Source of the DNA: Sphaerodactylus townsendi
Lineage: Eukaryota
Direction of reading: 5' to 3'
Assembly (NCBI RefSeq): GCF_021028975.2
Contig: NC_059428.1
Coordinates: forward strand, 40,920,001-40,984,000
DNA length: 64,000 nt
Shown: in pieces, positions 49,715 through 63,274 of the stretch
Layout: each line of letters starts with the position of its first letter
Position numbering within the stretch: the stretch's first letter is position 1
Program-made: the position numbers and the translations under genes
Notes under the pieces: model-generated
The model's input: the letters and a program-made list of their open reading frames with translations, nothing else
What the model was told of the DNA's origin: nothing
Database searches by the model: none

Positions 49715-49855
49715 GGCTCATTCCGCACACGCAGAATAATGCACTTTCAAACTGCTTTCAGTGCTCTTTGAAGTTGTGCAGAATAGCAAAATCCACTTGC
49801 AAACAGTTGTGAAAGTGGTTTGAAAACGCATTATTTTGCGTGTGTGGAAGGGGCC
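49715..49855. mobile_element. Harbinger-type MITE, 141-bp family
   Basis: ggctcattccgcacacgc...gcgtgtgtggaaggggcc; flanks TAA / TAT; near-identical to 43442-43582. Confidence 0.88.
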
Positions 49856-51229
49856 TATATATCAGTCAATCACTACCACTAGTGAGACTTTACTGATGTT
49901 TGGATTTATAAATGTTAGAAACACAGCTTGAGCCCTGCATTATCATGGAGCCAGAATGCTCAGTTGTGCTGGTGTGATTCTAGCAAAACCTTATGATCAA
50001 CCACATTGAAAGGGACTTCCAGCACTCTCCTGAGCAGGTCCATTTAGAGTCTAGCAAAGTCAATTCACTTGGGCTTATTTCAAGGAACGGTACATTCTTA
50101 GAAATGTAGAATTCTGACTAAATTTTGAATTGGGGATTGAATTGGATTGTGGCCCTTCATGACCCTAAGTGTTAAACTTTCTATTGTCTTTAAGTATATA
50201 GGAAAGAAAAATATAATTCTTGTGGGTCCATTTAATAAAATATTACTGGAACCCACTCTTGAAAAAATGATTTTCTATTTAGATGCTACGCTTTTTTCCC
50301 AAAAGAAAATGTCATAACATGTCTGTGGCTTGTGCAATTAATATTCATATTAGCCATTCTCTGAGTTTTGTCCTTACATGGATTCACAACAACCCTGTGA
50401 ATGTTTCCTGTTCTGGGAATCAATCTAGTCTGTGACCCATTCTGAATGTGTCTCATGTATATCCCATTCACTATTAAATTATGTTGTAAGAAGCATCAAA
50501 TTCTTACTTGAGCCGTCAGATGAATTTGTTGCCTTAATCTATTTTCAATACAAACATGAAGCTTAAGTTCTGTTTTTCAAAAAGATATGGGCTTCATACA
50601 TGTCAGTTAACAGTTACAGCACCAGATTTCATGGGCTTCTCTTGTTATGCTTGGGGGAAGGAAGAAATAATCTATAAGGAACTATTTATGAAAAGTACCA
50701 ACTCTGGGAAAATGACTTTCCAAAATTCTAACTCTATCATTTGACTGGTCTGTCTAGCCTGTCTCCCAGATGCCTCACTGGAATGCCATTCAATATGGCT
50801 GAAAGATTGTTTGAAAAGTTCATTTTTACTGACTGTTAGTCTTGGACTGCTATTTAGGAAACTATCTGACAAAGGACTTATTCTACACATTAACACATGA
50901 AGTATCACTGCTGGAACATTGTGGGTGGTAAGACATACTTCAGAGCTTGCTGCTGTCTTGAGATCTTCCCAGTGATTCCTATACACCATAGCAGGGGGTG
51001 GGGGTTTGAGCGTCATACAACAAAGACCGGACAACTGTCCTAGTCATGCTGCATTTGCCTTAATCTTAACAAATGCACAGATTTGACCTTTTAGTCTCAC
51101 CCCTTGAAATAACTGATTTGCCTGTAGGTAGCTTCCATGTCAGATTGCTAAAGTTTTGAAAATTGATCCACATAATTTCTTTGATAGCACTTCACTGGCA
51201 ATAGCACTACATCTTTTTGTTCATTTCAG

Positions 51230-51951
51230 ATGGATCATGACAAGAAAAATATAGGTTCAATAAAACAAAACAAAAAACCAGGAAAACTACATATTGCCGG
51301 AATCAGCAAGACCAGCGAAGTACAACTATGTACTTTTGGAGCTAAAAAGTCACCCAGGATCAGAGCCTGCAAAACAAATGTTCTGGGACAATCTTCAGCA
51401 AATAGTGGCAGGGAGAATATCTTTAGCTGCACACAAAATGTTGGGTAAAAGCTGAGGGTGAAACTGACCAGAGAGTGAAATGGTCAGGTGGGAAACATCC
51501 TCTTTTCCCCTCTGACACCTTTGCTGTCAGCCCAGAGGCCACCCCTATTTTAAATGTCCCCTGGATATCTTATTTTGGGTGTGTGGAGGGAAAAGAGGCA
51601 GTCACCTTTTTTTAAAGACACCTTACAGTCATCTCTTTTGTGCTGTGTGGAATGGACCTTTATTCAACTACTTTTTACATGAAAACTGCATGTGGAGGAG
51701 CTGCCAGCAGAGAAAACCTCCATGGAAAACCTTCACCAAATAGTGGAAGCAGGAGAATCTCTGCAGCAGCACACAAAATGGGGGGCACAACTCTGAAATT
51801 GATCAGAGCTCTGTTAGCCAGCAGGTGTGGAAAAAGAACCATTTTGATTGGCAACACTTGTGTTCTTTGTGCTGTAGGAACAAAAAAAAGTCAAAATGGA
51901 GCTTTTAAAAACTTCTGCAGGGCGTTTTATTTCTGCTGTGCAGAAAGGACC
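51230..51951. mobile_element. Two successive right-end fragments of Harbinger-type elements
   Basis: 51255-51658 aligns by eye with 22345-22716 (ends gtggaatggacc); a second terminus gtgcagaaaggacc ends at 51951. Confidence 0.65.
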
Positions 51952-52089
51952 ATGAAGAAAAAAATGCCCTCAGTGGCTGTTGCTAGGCAACCAAAACAAC
52001 ATTGTCAGAGTTTAAGTCTTGGTTTCTAACAGTAAAAAGTAGGGACTTTTCCAGGGCTGTTTTGGTCTTTAAGAAAGGACTTGGTGGTG

Positions 52090-52712
52090 AAAGCCAGCAT
52101 AGTGTGCTAGTGTTTCAGACTACGATCTGAAAGCCCCTGGTTCAGATGGCCTCTGTAGTATGGAAGCTCACTGGGTGACCTTGGGCCTGTCCAACTTTTT
52201 TGGCCTAACATACCTCACAAGACTGTTGTAAGTATAAAATGGAAAGCATGAGAATAATGCAATGTCATGGGCTGGCTTCCAAAGAAGCCAGGAAGGCAGG
52301 CTAGCAAACATCTACAGTCTTTATTTAACAGGCACAATAGTCTCCAAAATACTAGGCAGAGCAATGGTCAGAGCTGCTTTGGGTCCTCATTGTGGAAAAA
52401 AGTAATAAATTATAAATTATAAATGTAGCTGAACATGGGGCAGATGAACAGTAAGTAGGTTGGTTGGTGTGTATGGAAAGCCAGAATGGTGAAGTGGTTA
52501 CGAGCTGTTATCTGAAGAACTAGATTTGATCCTCCACTCGTCCACATGAGTGGCAGACTTTAATCTGGTGAACCAGATTTGTTTCCCCTCTCCTCCACAT
52601 TAAGCCTACTGGGTGATCCTGGGACAGTCACAGTTCTCTCAGAATGTTCTCAGTCCATGCACCACCTCCAATAAATCAGCTGTGGCTTGACAGCATTTTA
52701 CACACACACAAT
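52090..52712 (+). mobile_element. Two SINE copies (CORE/Squam3-like); the first is interrupted by a ~107-bp LTR-like fragment, the second ends in an (AC)n tail
   Basis: aagccagcatagtgtg... and gaaagccagaatggtgaagtggtta... heads; insert tgtcatgg...ggtca at 52263-52370. Confidence 0.65.
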
Positions 52713-53439
52713 GTGACAAAACATACCAATTACTGCATTTTATAGATATACTGTAAAATCTTTTATTAATTTACACAATTCAGAAACATAAATATTTCAA
52801 ATACAGAATTTGAATACATACATATATAACACACACACACAAACATGTATCGATGTATGTATTTTTCTGAAGAGGTGGCACTATATTATCAAGAAACAAG
52901 AATTGTTTCCCACTCATCTCCTGAAGTAGAATTTGTATCTGCTTCTGAAGAATGCAGATAATTAGAGTGGCTTATAATGTTACTGGAGGATTTTGATATT
53001 AAGGAATATTTGTCAGTTCAAATGCTGGAGAATAACCAGCATTTTTTGCTTCAAGCCCTTTGGAGAGCAACAACTGTCCAACACATCCCCCAAGGGAACT
53101 GGAACAAAAAGTTAGTAGGTGCCACTTGGGCACATACCCATTTTGTGACACCCCTTCCTGCTGGGTAGCGAGCTCTCCACATGGCCCTAAGGCATGCAAT
53201 ATCGAGGTCTCCACTACCTCAGACCTCTTATGGAGGTCCCCAATGCGCGAAGGTCTGGCATGCAAGCTCTGGAGATGATTTCAATTTTGGGGACTGTGGG
53301 ATGGCAGAAGTGTACCAGTTTTCCCTTAGTTGTACCTAAACGAACCACCCAATTATACTAATGCTAGTTCCCCAAATATTTCACTATCTGCAACTCATTT
53401 GACGACAGTGTCTTTTTAAAAAAGAGCAGAATCACTTAC

Positions 53440-53576
53440 TACAATATCTGTCAAATATACATTGCACGTTGAAACAGGCCGTCTGCTTCCATCCCACTGT
53501 GAATTGCTCAGCATTTTGCCAAGGGCGTTGGTGCTTCATGCCTTTGTTCAAACCCTGATCTAACAGTTTCTCCTAT
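53440..53576 (-). other. Candidate 137-nt exon
   Basis: Minus strand attatttttaaaag|ATAGG...ATTGTA|gtaagt in unique sequence; product not recognised. Confidence 0.3.
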
Positions 53577-53811
53577 CTTTTAAAAATAATTGTTGATATT
53601 TATGCTGGATTGCAAAAACGTTTCCAACTGTTAACTTTCTCTAAAACACTTTGATGTTTAGGTTCTGCTTTCCCCGGTCAACATATTTGTCAACACCAAG
53701 CCAAGATCATTTTGTCCTCCAGCCATTTAAGCAGCTCATTCCAGTGAGACAATTACAGCGGCAGTTTTCTTTTCTTTGTTAATGTGTTAAAAATAAATGT
53801 GAGCTAATCTC

Positions 53812-54745
53812 TATTTTTTTTAAAAAAATTATTGTAGCATTTGAATATTCCATTTTATATTAGTACTCTTCTTCATTCATTTTCAAACAATACATTTCCC
53901 CTTTTTTCCCCTCCCCCCTGTATTTTTTTCATGATTTTATCAAACAGCAGTAAGTTCATTCTTTGTAATCTCTTCTCTCATATTTCCTCATTGACTCCAG
54001 CTTCTTTCATCCAGTTCACATATATTGTCCATATCTTCGAAATTTCGCTCTGTTAATCTTGCCATAGGTTATTTTTTGTTATTATATCAAAAATGTCCAG
54101 TGTCACTTGTTCCCAAATATATTCCAACCATTTCTGGATTGTCCATTTTTTCTTTTCTTTCCAGCCTAAAGCTATTGTTGCATGTGCTGCTTTATTCATT
54201 ATTTTATACATATAGCTATATTTTTTATCCACCCTTCTATCCTCCATGACACCCATGAACATTAAATCATTATTTAAACCAATTTTAATCTTCACCAGTT
54301 TCTCAGTATCTAACATTACAGTTGCCCAAATTTTTTTCACTTCTGTACATTCCATCCATATATGACTATAATATGCCTCCTGGTCTCCACAGTGCCAGCA
54401 TTTGGAACTAAGTCCTTTAATCATATATGCTAGTTGTTTTGGTGTTCTACACCATTTCTATATCACTTTTCTTTCCAACTTCATATATTTCTCAATCTTT
54501 ATATTTTTCCAACTGTCTATTAAATTTCCGGTTTTTCTGGTGTCTAGAAAACCTTCCTTCTCCCATTTTTGATTCAATGTTCTTATCATAAAGTCTTTGT
54601 CATCAACCATATATTTATATATATGTCCCAAAATTTTTCCTTTGCATTTTTCATATAGTTCAAAACATTTAGCCATTATACATTCTCCTCTTATTCGTCA
54701 AACCTTTATCCTTTCCCAAATGCCCCTCAAGACCAACCAGTTCTC
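53812..54745 (-). mobile_element. L1-clade LINE 3' end with CCHC zinc knuckle
   Basis: KWYRTP...CWHCGDQEAYYSHIWMEC (C-X2-C-X8-H-X4-C); T-rich tail at the left on the plus strand. Confidence 0.85.
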
Positions 54746-55009
54746 AATGTGAATTAATCTCTAGATTTGTAAACGGCACTGCAATTAAAATGAGAAGAGT
54801 AATTCAGAGAGAGAGGATAGTGTTTTTTATAGGCAGTATGGCAGGCCTACAGAAGAACATTCTTTATTATGGACACTGTAAATGGGATACCAACACAATC
54901 AGGCTGTGTTGCTTTAAAGTGCTTAATCTGCCTAACCTACTCCTCACATTATATGCAAGAATGTTCCCTATTGATTTTAACAAGTTTAAGTTTCAACTAA
55001 CTGCTTTAA

Positions 55010-55205
55010 GAGCCAATGCATTTTTATCCGCTGTCCCACAGTTCAAGGCAACATGGTTCTTCCCTCTTCACATTTAGTGTCTCAGTAACCTCATATGGTG
55101 GTTAAGGCTGAGAGAAAGACTGGTCCAATATCATCCAATGAACTGTGTGGATAAATGGGGATTTGAACCCAGATCTCCCAAAAGCTTTCTGGTCTCAGTA
55201 CTATA
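55010..55205 (-). mobile_element. Old MIR/CORE-like SINE
   Basis: ggttaaggctgagagaaagactggtccaatatcatccaatgaact...ggggatttgaacccagatctccc. Confidence 0.6.
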
Positions 55206-56029
55206 CTGACACACCTCCAGGACAGCCCCAAATGCCCTGGTCAACAACTACTGATGAATGGGAGCCAAATGTTGAACTGAACAAGAGATGAATGTCTAGC
55301 AACTGCCAATCCATTCCCTGACTCCTTTGAGACACAAGAAAAGAGGTCCATAGCCTCTTCTTTTATTGTGGGAAGAGCAATTTGTCAGACCCCTTCCATT
55401 ATTATTCAGATTAACTGCTGTATCCAAGACACAGGTGCACGTGCACACACACACTGCAGAGTTTATATACAGGAGACTGAACTATGGAACAAAGAAGCAT
55501 TATCTCTTTGCAACTCTAACTACAAATATTGATCTCAAAATTCTGTTGACCTCATTCTCAGTTCTTTGCAGGCATTCTCAAAAATTACTTCTTTTCACAC
55601 ATTGCTTATAGAATGCTTTATGTTCTTTCTTACATTTGCCAAAGAAGTTAATTAGGAGATCTGATTATACATCTGATTATGTATTTATTGAAAATATTTA
55701 TCAGCCGCTATTTTATCTGACAGCACACCAGGCAATGTAAACAGAGAATGCATAAAAAGCCATGAATTAAAATCACAATTTTAAATGGCCAGTAGGCAGT
55801 TGGGATTGACACCAGAAACAACTGAGAAGAATGAAAAAGCCATGCCTGTGTCCTAACTTGTGTGGGAGAAACTGCGGAGGTACATAAGAAGAGCAGGGTT
55901 ATCCCTAGGGTTTGTCCCCAGGGTTATCATGAGGATCCTGAGCTGCCAATCACCCATTTTACTTTTTGCTTTGTAGTTCTTCTTAAGTTCACTTGTAACA
56001 TGTGACTTGAACCCTGTTCTCCATAAATC

Positions 56030-56215
56030 AGCGTTGCCAGCCTCCAGGTGGCACCTAGAACTCTCCTACTATTACAGTTGATCTCCAGATGACCAAGATC
56101 AGTTCCCATGGAGAAAATGGCAGATTTGAAGGGTTTACCCTCCCCAAACAGTGCTCTCCCTCAACTTGATCTCCAGAATCTCCAGATATTTCCTAATCCA
56201 GAGCTGGCAACCGCA
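56030..56215. mobile_element. hAT-type TAGGGTTGCCAG-family MITE
   Basis: cagcgttgccagcctccagg...ccagagctggcaaccg. Confidence 0.75.
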
Positions 56216-56535
56216 CCATAGACGCTGATTTTCTTCTTAACGAACAAGCTGTTAGAGATGGGGTATTTAAACATTTTAATTTGTGCAAAACTTGCAACCA
56301 GTCAAAATACTGCCTACAAAATATGTGTCTCCTGTACATGCTGATAAACTTGGAGGGGTTTGTGGAACTTGTGAAAGCTGTGAAAGAGGGATGGGAATGT
56401 AGAAAGCACGACTCTGCATGTGCCTGCTTATTTCACATAAACAACAAGTCTATTAGTGGCAATCAACAAATTAAAAATTAAAAACAGTTTTTTAAGAAAT
56501 GCAAATTGATGTGTAAAAGATAAAAGTGATAAAAT

Positions 56536-56692
56536 GTATTGTTGAAAGCTTTTGCGGCTGGAAACAATGGACTATTGTGGGTTTTCTGGACTGTGTGGCC
56601 ATGGTTTGGTGGTTTTAGCTCCTAACATTTCATCTGCATCTATGGCTGGCATCTGCAGAGGCATGTCACATACAACCTGGAAAACCCACAAG
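56536..56692 (-). mobile_element. Penelope-like terminal fragment
   Basis: tattgttgaaagcttttgcggctggaa...ctatggctggcatctgcagagg...caacctggaaaacccaca. Confidence 0.6.
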
Positions 56693-58128
56693 GGCCAAAA
56701 GTGATAAAAGTTAAGAGAGACAGGACGGAACAAGAGCCAAAATGAGGAACTTGTAGAACTAAGATAGTAAAAGATGGCACTAAAGTAAAGTAAGACACTT
56801 CACCTAAGATATGGGAAGTTATTGGTGACTTATATTAAATCATATCAACATTGGACAATATCGGTATATTAATCTGAAAAGATAATTAGATGGATCCATA
56901 GCAGCATTTGCATGGGGGCAAGGAATTTTCCCCACAGAACAAAACTTCAGTGACTATCCCTTGGATGGCAGCCTGAAATCATCCCTGCCCCTCCCCCTGC
57001 CCCTCCCCCACCCCCGTTCCTGGGGGAAAAGATTCTTTCCATTTTTCACAAATTCGTAATTGCTGGAAACAATACTTTCTTGTCACAGGGTTGCAAAGAA
57101 ACGGCTCCTGTGGAACTTCAGCCAGGTGCCAAAAAAGCTTCCAGTGGATAAAATTGATAAAAAGCTATTGTTGATGCTATATTACATTTCACCCAATGCA
57201 ATGTTTGCTTGGGATCTGCAGCTAAGTCAGAAAAATGTACCTGAATAAGCAGGGATCTTTTCCTATTGCGCATCTTCTTGCCAACTTAGCCTGCACTGGT
57301 GCATTAGCTGATTCCCTGAGCTTCGTGGATGTGGGAAGAGGGCCACAAGCTGACAGGCTTGGTTGCTCTTGCAAACCAATGCAGGTACAGGATATGCTGC
57401 TGGATTCTGAAATATGCTTTATGTTTGTGTTATGAAAGATTGAGGATTATCTATCATTGCAAAACAAACCTAAAGCAGAGCAGAGCTTTGTTCTCATCTT
57501 GGTACTGAAAGGGAAAAGGAACTTCAACAATGTTATGTTAAATCATTTTTTCTCATTTCTTAAGCCTGTGATTATATTCTGTTAACAAGCTGGAATCCCA
57601 AACAATTTTGTTTCCCCTAGAGATATTTTTATTTAAGTGAAGCATTTCACATTCTGCTATAACCATTTGCCCCCAGTAGCAACAGACTATGCTGATGGTG
57701 ACAGGTTAAGCATAGATGCTCCATTTGTCTGTTTGGCTTCTTCCATGTCAATTATTCAAAGCCTCCAGAGGCTTAATTTGGGAAAAGAAACCTTTCAAGC
57801 TTGAGACTCCTGTTTCTGAACCAGCACGACCTTTTGCTTAAGCTTCCACAATGAACAGGTTAAACACGTAACTATGAGTCTGTATTTGTGCAAAAGTGCA
57901 TGAACTGCACGAACTGTATGTAGCCCCTACATAAATTTCCTTTGAAATATAGAAAAATGAGTGGCAGTAACTGAAAGATGTCAGACAGTTCTGACACTAA
58001 TGAAAAAAGTTCCTGTAACATCTGATGTGAAACACAAGGTGCACAGCAGCTCTAGTGGAGTACCTGTAACTGCTGGTCTAGCAGCACAGCATTATTACAT
58101 GTTGATCCATTATGCATTGAACACTTAC

Positions 58129-58330
58129 CTTGGAGGTCTGCTCAGTGGGGCTGCAGTGTGGTCTCCTTGTGCTTCTCTTTTTACACGTGAGGAGGCATTC
58201 ACTGCCTGCTCTGCTTGTTGCTGAAGTCTAAATGGGCCTCTGCTTTTCCTGATTCTCCTCCCTCTGCCCATCAATTCCCTCTTAAAGACACAGATCTCAT
58301 CATACTCGGTAGCTGCAAGATTGCTGGCTT
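58129..58330 (-). promoter_or_regulatory. Candidate upstream alternative first exon or promoter
   Basis: Consensus CAAG|gtaagt donor at 58129; purine-rich unique sequence with a CACGTG E-box; TATA-like TATATAG at ~58350. Confidence 0.4.
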
Positions 58331-58532
58331 TGTTAAAGCAGTTATAGCTATATACCTGTGACTGCAGTTAAATCTATATTGTAGCCCCTCCCCAAAAATA
58401 ACCCCCTAAAGAAACAGGCAAAGCAATTCCCTAGACCACACTCTGCTGAAGAAGAGGATCATGTGCTAGAACTGATATTCTCTTCCCCTTCTTTCTCCCC
58501 CCCCCCCTCACCCAAATTATCTTTCCCACCAC

Positions 58533-58792
58533 GAGAGCCAGCATGGTGTAGTGGTTAAAAGCAGGTGGATTCTAATCTGGAGAACCAGGTTTGATTTCCC
58601 ACTCCTCCACCTGAATGGCAGAGGCTTATCTGGTGAACCAGATGTGTTTCTGCACTCCTACATTCCTGCTGGGTGACCTTGGGCTAGTCACAGTTCTTTG
58701 GAACTCTCTCAGCCCCACCTGCCTCACATGGTATCTGTTGTGGGGAGAGGAAGGGAAAGGAGTTTGTAAGCCACCTTGAGTCTCCTTACAGG
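58533..58792 (+). mobile_element. Squam3-like SINE, 3'-clipped
   Basis: gagagccagcatggtgtagtggttaaaagc...gggtgaccttgggctagtcac...gagtctccttacagg. Confidence 0.88.
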
Positions 58793-61700
58793 ATCTTGGA
58801 TCTTTGAAACCATTCAGGGAATGTCAGTCCTCTGGCATTGTTGAAGTAGATCTGCTTTACTACATTATTTTTTTCTCATTCTCATTAGTTGAGCATTGAA
58901 CTAAGTGCCAAGGTTTGTGTTGGCTTCCACATAATAATTTCATGGTTTCTTCCCTATCTTTCAGGTAGCCAATAGACTGTCTTTGAACAAAATTCCAGAC
59001 CCCAAATGTTTTGGAGAGAGATTTTTCCCCTTGTAGGTTTTATACCAAGTATTGATTAAAATGTACTTCACAGAAATTCCAGTCTGTTTCAGCAAACAAG
59101 CATACAACCCCAGAATGGGAAGGTAAATGCTCCAGTATTCATTTGAGACATGAAGTCTGTTGTCTTGGAAAGCACTTCTCAGTTTACATGAACTTCTGGC
59201 CTTTCAGTTGAAGTCTATGGAGTCCACAAAGCTGTAAAACAGATTTTTTTTTCCACAGTGAACATTTCAGTGCTCTATCTTTCTGACATATTGTATAATA
59301 ATCTTCTTGGACTTGGCATGCATAACAGACAATTTGGGCCAGCACATATTCTGCTATACCTGAGTATATTCCCATTGCAAAGAAACCATCTTATGTGACT
59401 GCATAGGCTTCATACAATTGAGTCTTCCCTATATAAGACTGTTGCTTTCTGTTGTACCCCTAAACTAAGTAGCACATATTGTTTGATGTAATGACCTAAC
59501 AAGTAGCTCATTTTTGAAACTGCAGATGTTGTGATTTAACTCCAAGCAGAAAAGTATATCTCTTGTGAATTTTCTTTCAAAGATCCCAACTTTCCTTTGA
59601 TTTCAAACTAAACAGAAACACTGAGAGGATGTTTGGGTAAATTCATATTTTTCACTTTGCCACATCTTTATCCAGTTAAGGAGAGAATGTCATTCCAAGT
59701 TACACCTATACATCCCTTGTAGATACCACATTTTCCTCACCCTTCTTCCAAGGAGCTAAAGCCAGGATCAGGAGACCACTGGACCACAGAGGGCTGAATG
59801 AATTGCAATAAAAGAAGTGGGTGGGTGGGTGGGTGGGTACGTAGGGGGAATAAACTGGATATAATTTCCCAGAGTCCACTCTCCAAAGCAACCATTTCCT
59901 CCAAGCAAACTGATCTCTCTAGTTTGTAGATCAATTGTATTTCCAGATCTTCAGGCACCACCTGGGGAATGCAACCTGGGACTTGTGGCACCAAAACTCT
60001 GGAACTCTCTCTTCAGCAAGGCTTTCTTCTCTCCCTCTGTTGACATCTTCTGTCAACAGGTGGAGATTTTTGTTTGTTTTTTTTCACTTGGCATTCCTTT
60101 GGTGATCACTTCTATCCACTCCATGTTCTAACTGTTCTTTAAATATGTATTTAGATCTGGTCCTAATTGTTTTAATAGTGTGTGTTTTATTGATTTCAAT
60201 GGTTTTCAAGATGTGCTTTTGTTATGTATGTTTTCAATTTGCTAGCTTCTTTTATGGCCCTTGTAAGGAAAGAAACTTGGGGTATAAATGTTGTAAAACA
60301 AAGAAACAATACGATACAACATGGAAATAATTGTGTTTCAGCTAGTGTTCTTATACAAAGCTTTCAGTCAAAACTAGTGATGACAGCATTGCTGAATAAA
60401 TCAGTAATGGTTCTTAGCAGATGTTTTCATAAAACCTTGTTTCATTGCACAACTTTGTTTTTTGCTGTTCTCATAGAAACCCATTTGAGACAGGCTTGTG
60501 GCCCAAACAACCTACATAGATTGAATGCTGTTATCCTTCCACCATTAAGGAGCACTAGCAGAATCAACCAACGAGAGTCCCCCTCCCCCCCAAAAAACCT
60601 ACCAGTACACTACAGTGGATTGCAATGTATTTAAGGAGAAGCTATCCCTGTAAATAAATGGACAATGTAGATTTTCACTGCAACAGGTCTCTGGTGATTA
60701 TCCTATCTCAAGGGCATAACTAGTGGGCACATAAAACAAAGAAATAAATAAAACCATAGATCATGATAGGCTATTGTAAATTTTGTTTTATTGTACTGTT
60801 TATGGTTAGATTATATTATTGTGTTGGCAAATTGAAAAAGACTTTAACCAATGTTAGACGTGACAGCTCCTGTATTATGAGGATGGATTCCAAAGATATA
60901 ACATAATCAGCATTTTGTGTCCTGGATATTTTGCTCCCCTTACGCTCTTCTCATCCCAATCCATCCTGATTGCCCTTTATTCCATTCCAGCACTAAACTC
61001 CTCAGAGTTTGCAAATATTTTCCAGTCAATTTTTCAAATAATTTCAGCTCATATTAGGATAGGTTGAGGATGCTATCAACAGAACTTGGTTACTGCTAAA
61101 ATTCCACAGTCTGAATCATGAAATGTTGATCCTCAGCAGACAAAGCAAAACCCTCTTACTGCTGTGTTCCAAATCTAATATAATGCCACCGTGGGAATGC
61201 CGCAAACCTCCCAACATTTTCAAAATATGCATTCCAAATTATTCTTGGAAGGCATTAAGACTATATGCCATATTTGTCATCCTCTGTTACTTTGTTCAGC
61301 CTTGATCTTTTTAGTCAGTACTCCCATTAGCTTGTTTTCTGTTTATTCAAGCTGCAAAGCAAGTCAGAAATTCATAAAGAAATACATTTTTCCGGTATCT
61401 CCCTGCCATTTCAAGTCACAAGCCTCTATCTGAAAATTCTTCATGAATATACTATTTTATAATGACAACACTGGGAATATTTCAAATAATTCTGCACAAG
61501 TTATATAGATTTCAGGGAACTGTTTTAAACTGAAGAAGACTAACATTTACCCAAGATTATCAGACACGATAAATGAGACATCTGCAGTAGTCATCAGCCT
61601 ATATTTGTATCCAGATCAGCCTGGTCTTAAGGACCTCTTAATCAAAATGTGTGGCAAAATCAATATGCTGTTTCAGAATCACAATCTGTACACCTGGAGG

Positions 61701-62272
61701 ACCCCCAGAAACAGTGGCATCTATCCATGAGAGCTAAAACCTCAGTTTTAGTGGTTCAGTGGCTGACTACCAAAGGAATCCGCACAAATTGGAAAAGCCA
61801 AGTCTGACAAGCTTAACACAATTGGATTGACTAGGCCACCACGGATCAAGTCTTGGGATGCATCTAAAGGTTGGAAAGTCAAGGCAGGCAGGAGGAGGCA
61901 TAGCGTAGGAGGGCTAGCAATATAATATACTCCCACACACACAAACACACACGCTGCAAGATGATTATTGAAAACAATGCGCAGCAGGTTCATGACAAAT
62001 TTACCCAAACCATTAAAATTTTCCAAAGCAATATTTTAAGGAATTATATTAATCCAAGAGGGTACCACCATGAAAGATAAACATGTACTGTCCTTTTCAC
62101 AGAGACTTAATAGAATGTACTTTAACGTATAATATTATTTACCTGATACCATGAAAAGCTTCAGCTGCCCATTTCACATGTTAGGCCTCTATTAAAGGAA
62201 GAGGATATTTTCTCCAGGTCTGCTGGCAAGCCTATTATTAACTGATTAGTAAAAAGTATTTGAACATGCTTA

Positions 62273-62807
62273 TGTAACCCCCATGCTCAGAATGGGTTGA
62301 CCTAGTAAGGGGTGGAGACTCAAAGCAGCAAGAGGCTGCAGACTTCATGTAATTTGGAGGAGACAAGGCTACCAGACTCGGACTTTGGTTTGTATAAGCC
62401 CTTAACACCTTGTTAAGGTAACTGCAATGTTGTTGGGAACTACTGGGAAAGTGGTAGTTTATTTTTGCTATGTTGTAAATGTTGGAGTTTATTGTTTCAG
62501 GGTTTCTTTTTATGTTTGTAATGGGTGAGAGTTCTCCTGGAAACCTTCATCACGTTGAATCCTGTTCATCAAGCCCTTGGAGTCTTCAGCAGCCAACCCT
62601 CTTGCAAAGAAGAATTGGACTTGGCAATATCAGTAGACTGTAAATATAAGGACTTGAAAGTGCAACCTGAACAGGACCTTGAAGTGTGATGTTAAATGTT
62701 GATGTTTGATGTTATATGTTAAGAAAGTAAACCATTTTGTTTTTAAAATTTGTTGTTGCAAACTCATTCCAAGTTCTGCCCCACAGAACCCACAGATAGA
62801 GGTTACA
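62273..62807 (+). mobile_element. Solo LTR (535 bp), same family as 20368-20901
   Basis: TGTAACC...GGTTACA ends; 4-bp TSD CTTA. Confidence 0.92.
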
Positions 62808-63274
62808 CTTAGAGGCATATCTTCTTTGAATGGGCAAATGCAGTAAGGTGGTTTGAACTTACTGATTATAAACAGATACCAGATTGAGTGAGACTGGACT
62901 TTTTTTTTTTGCTTCTTCTGTCCCCTCCCATGGCCCACTTGAGACAAATTTCCCACTGCAAGCAGAGGAAGCAACTCCAAAACAGTATGAATCTCACTCT
63001 AATTTTTCTCCCAGTGTTCTCAGAGAAGACATTAAAACTAAAAGAAGCAAAGGACCCAGGGACAGAAGGACAGAGCAGATGAGAATGAATCTAGTCAGGA
63101 AAGCGTTAACAATTTCAGTTGTCTTTCAGTTTACCCTTCTCTGATCTTTCTCAGACAACCTGGGCAAAGCTTTTTAGATGCCTCCCCCCCACCTTCATAT
63201 CTGTATAACAAAAGGACTACTCTTTCTGTGAAAGCTGGGAATTCAGAGAGGAAACATGGCTTTATTCCAAGATC

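Noticed and set aside
20368-62807. Single giant provirus bounded by the two LTRs
   Set aside because: Each LTR has its own distinct TSD, and there is no PBS, gag or pol between them.
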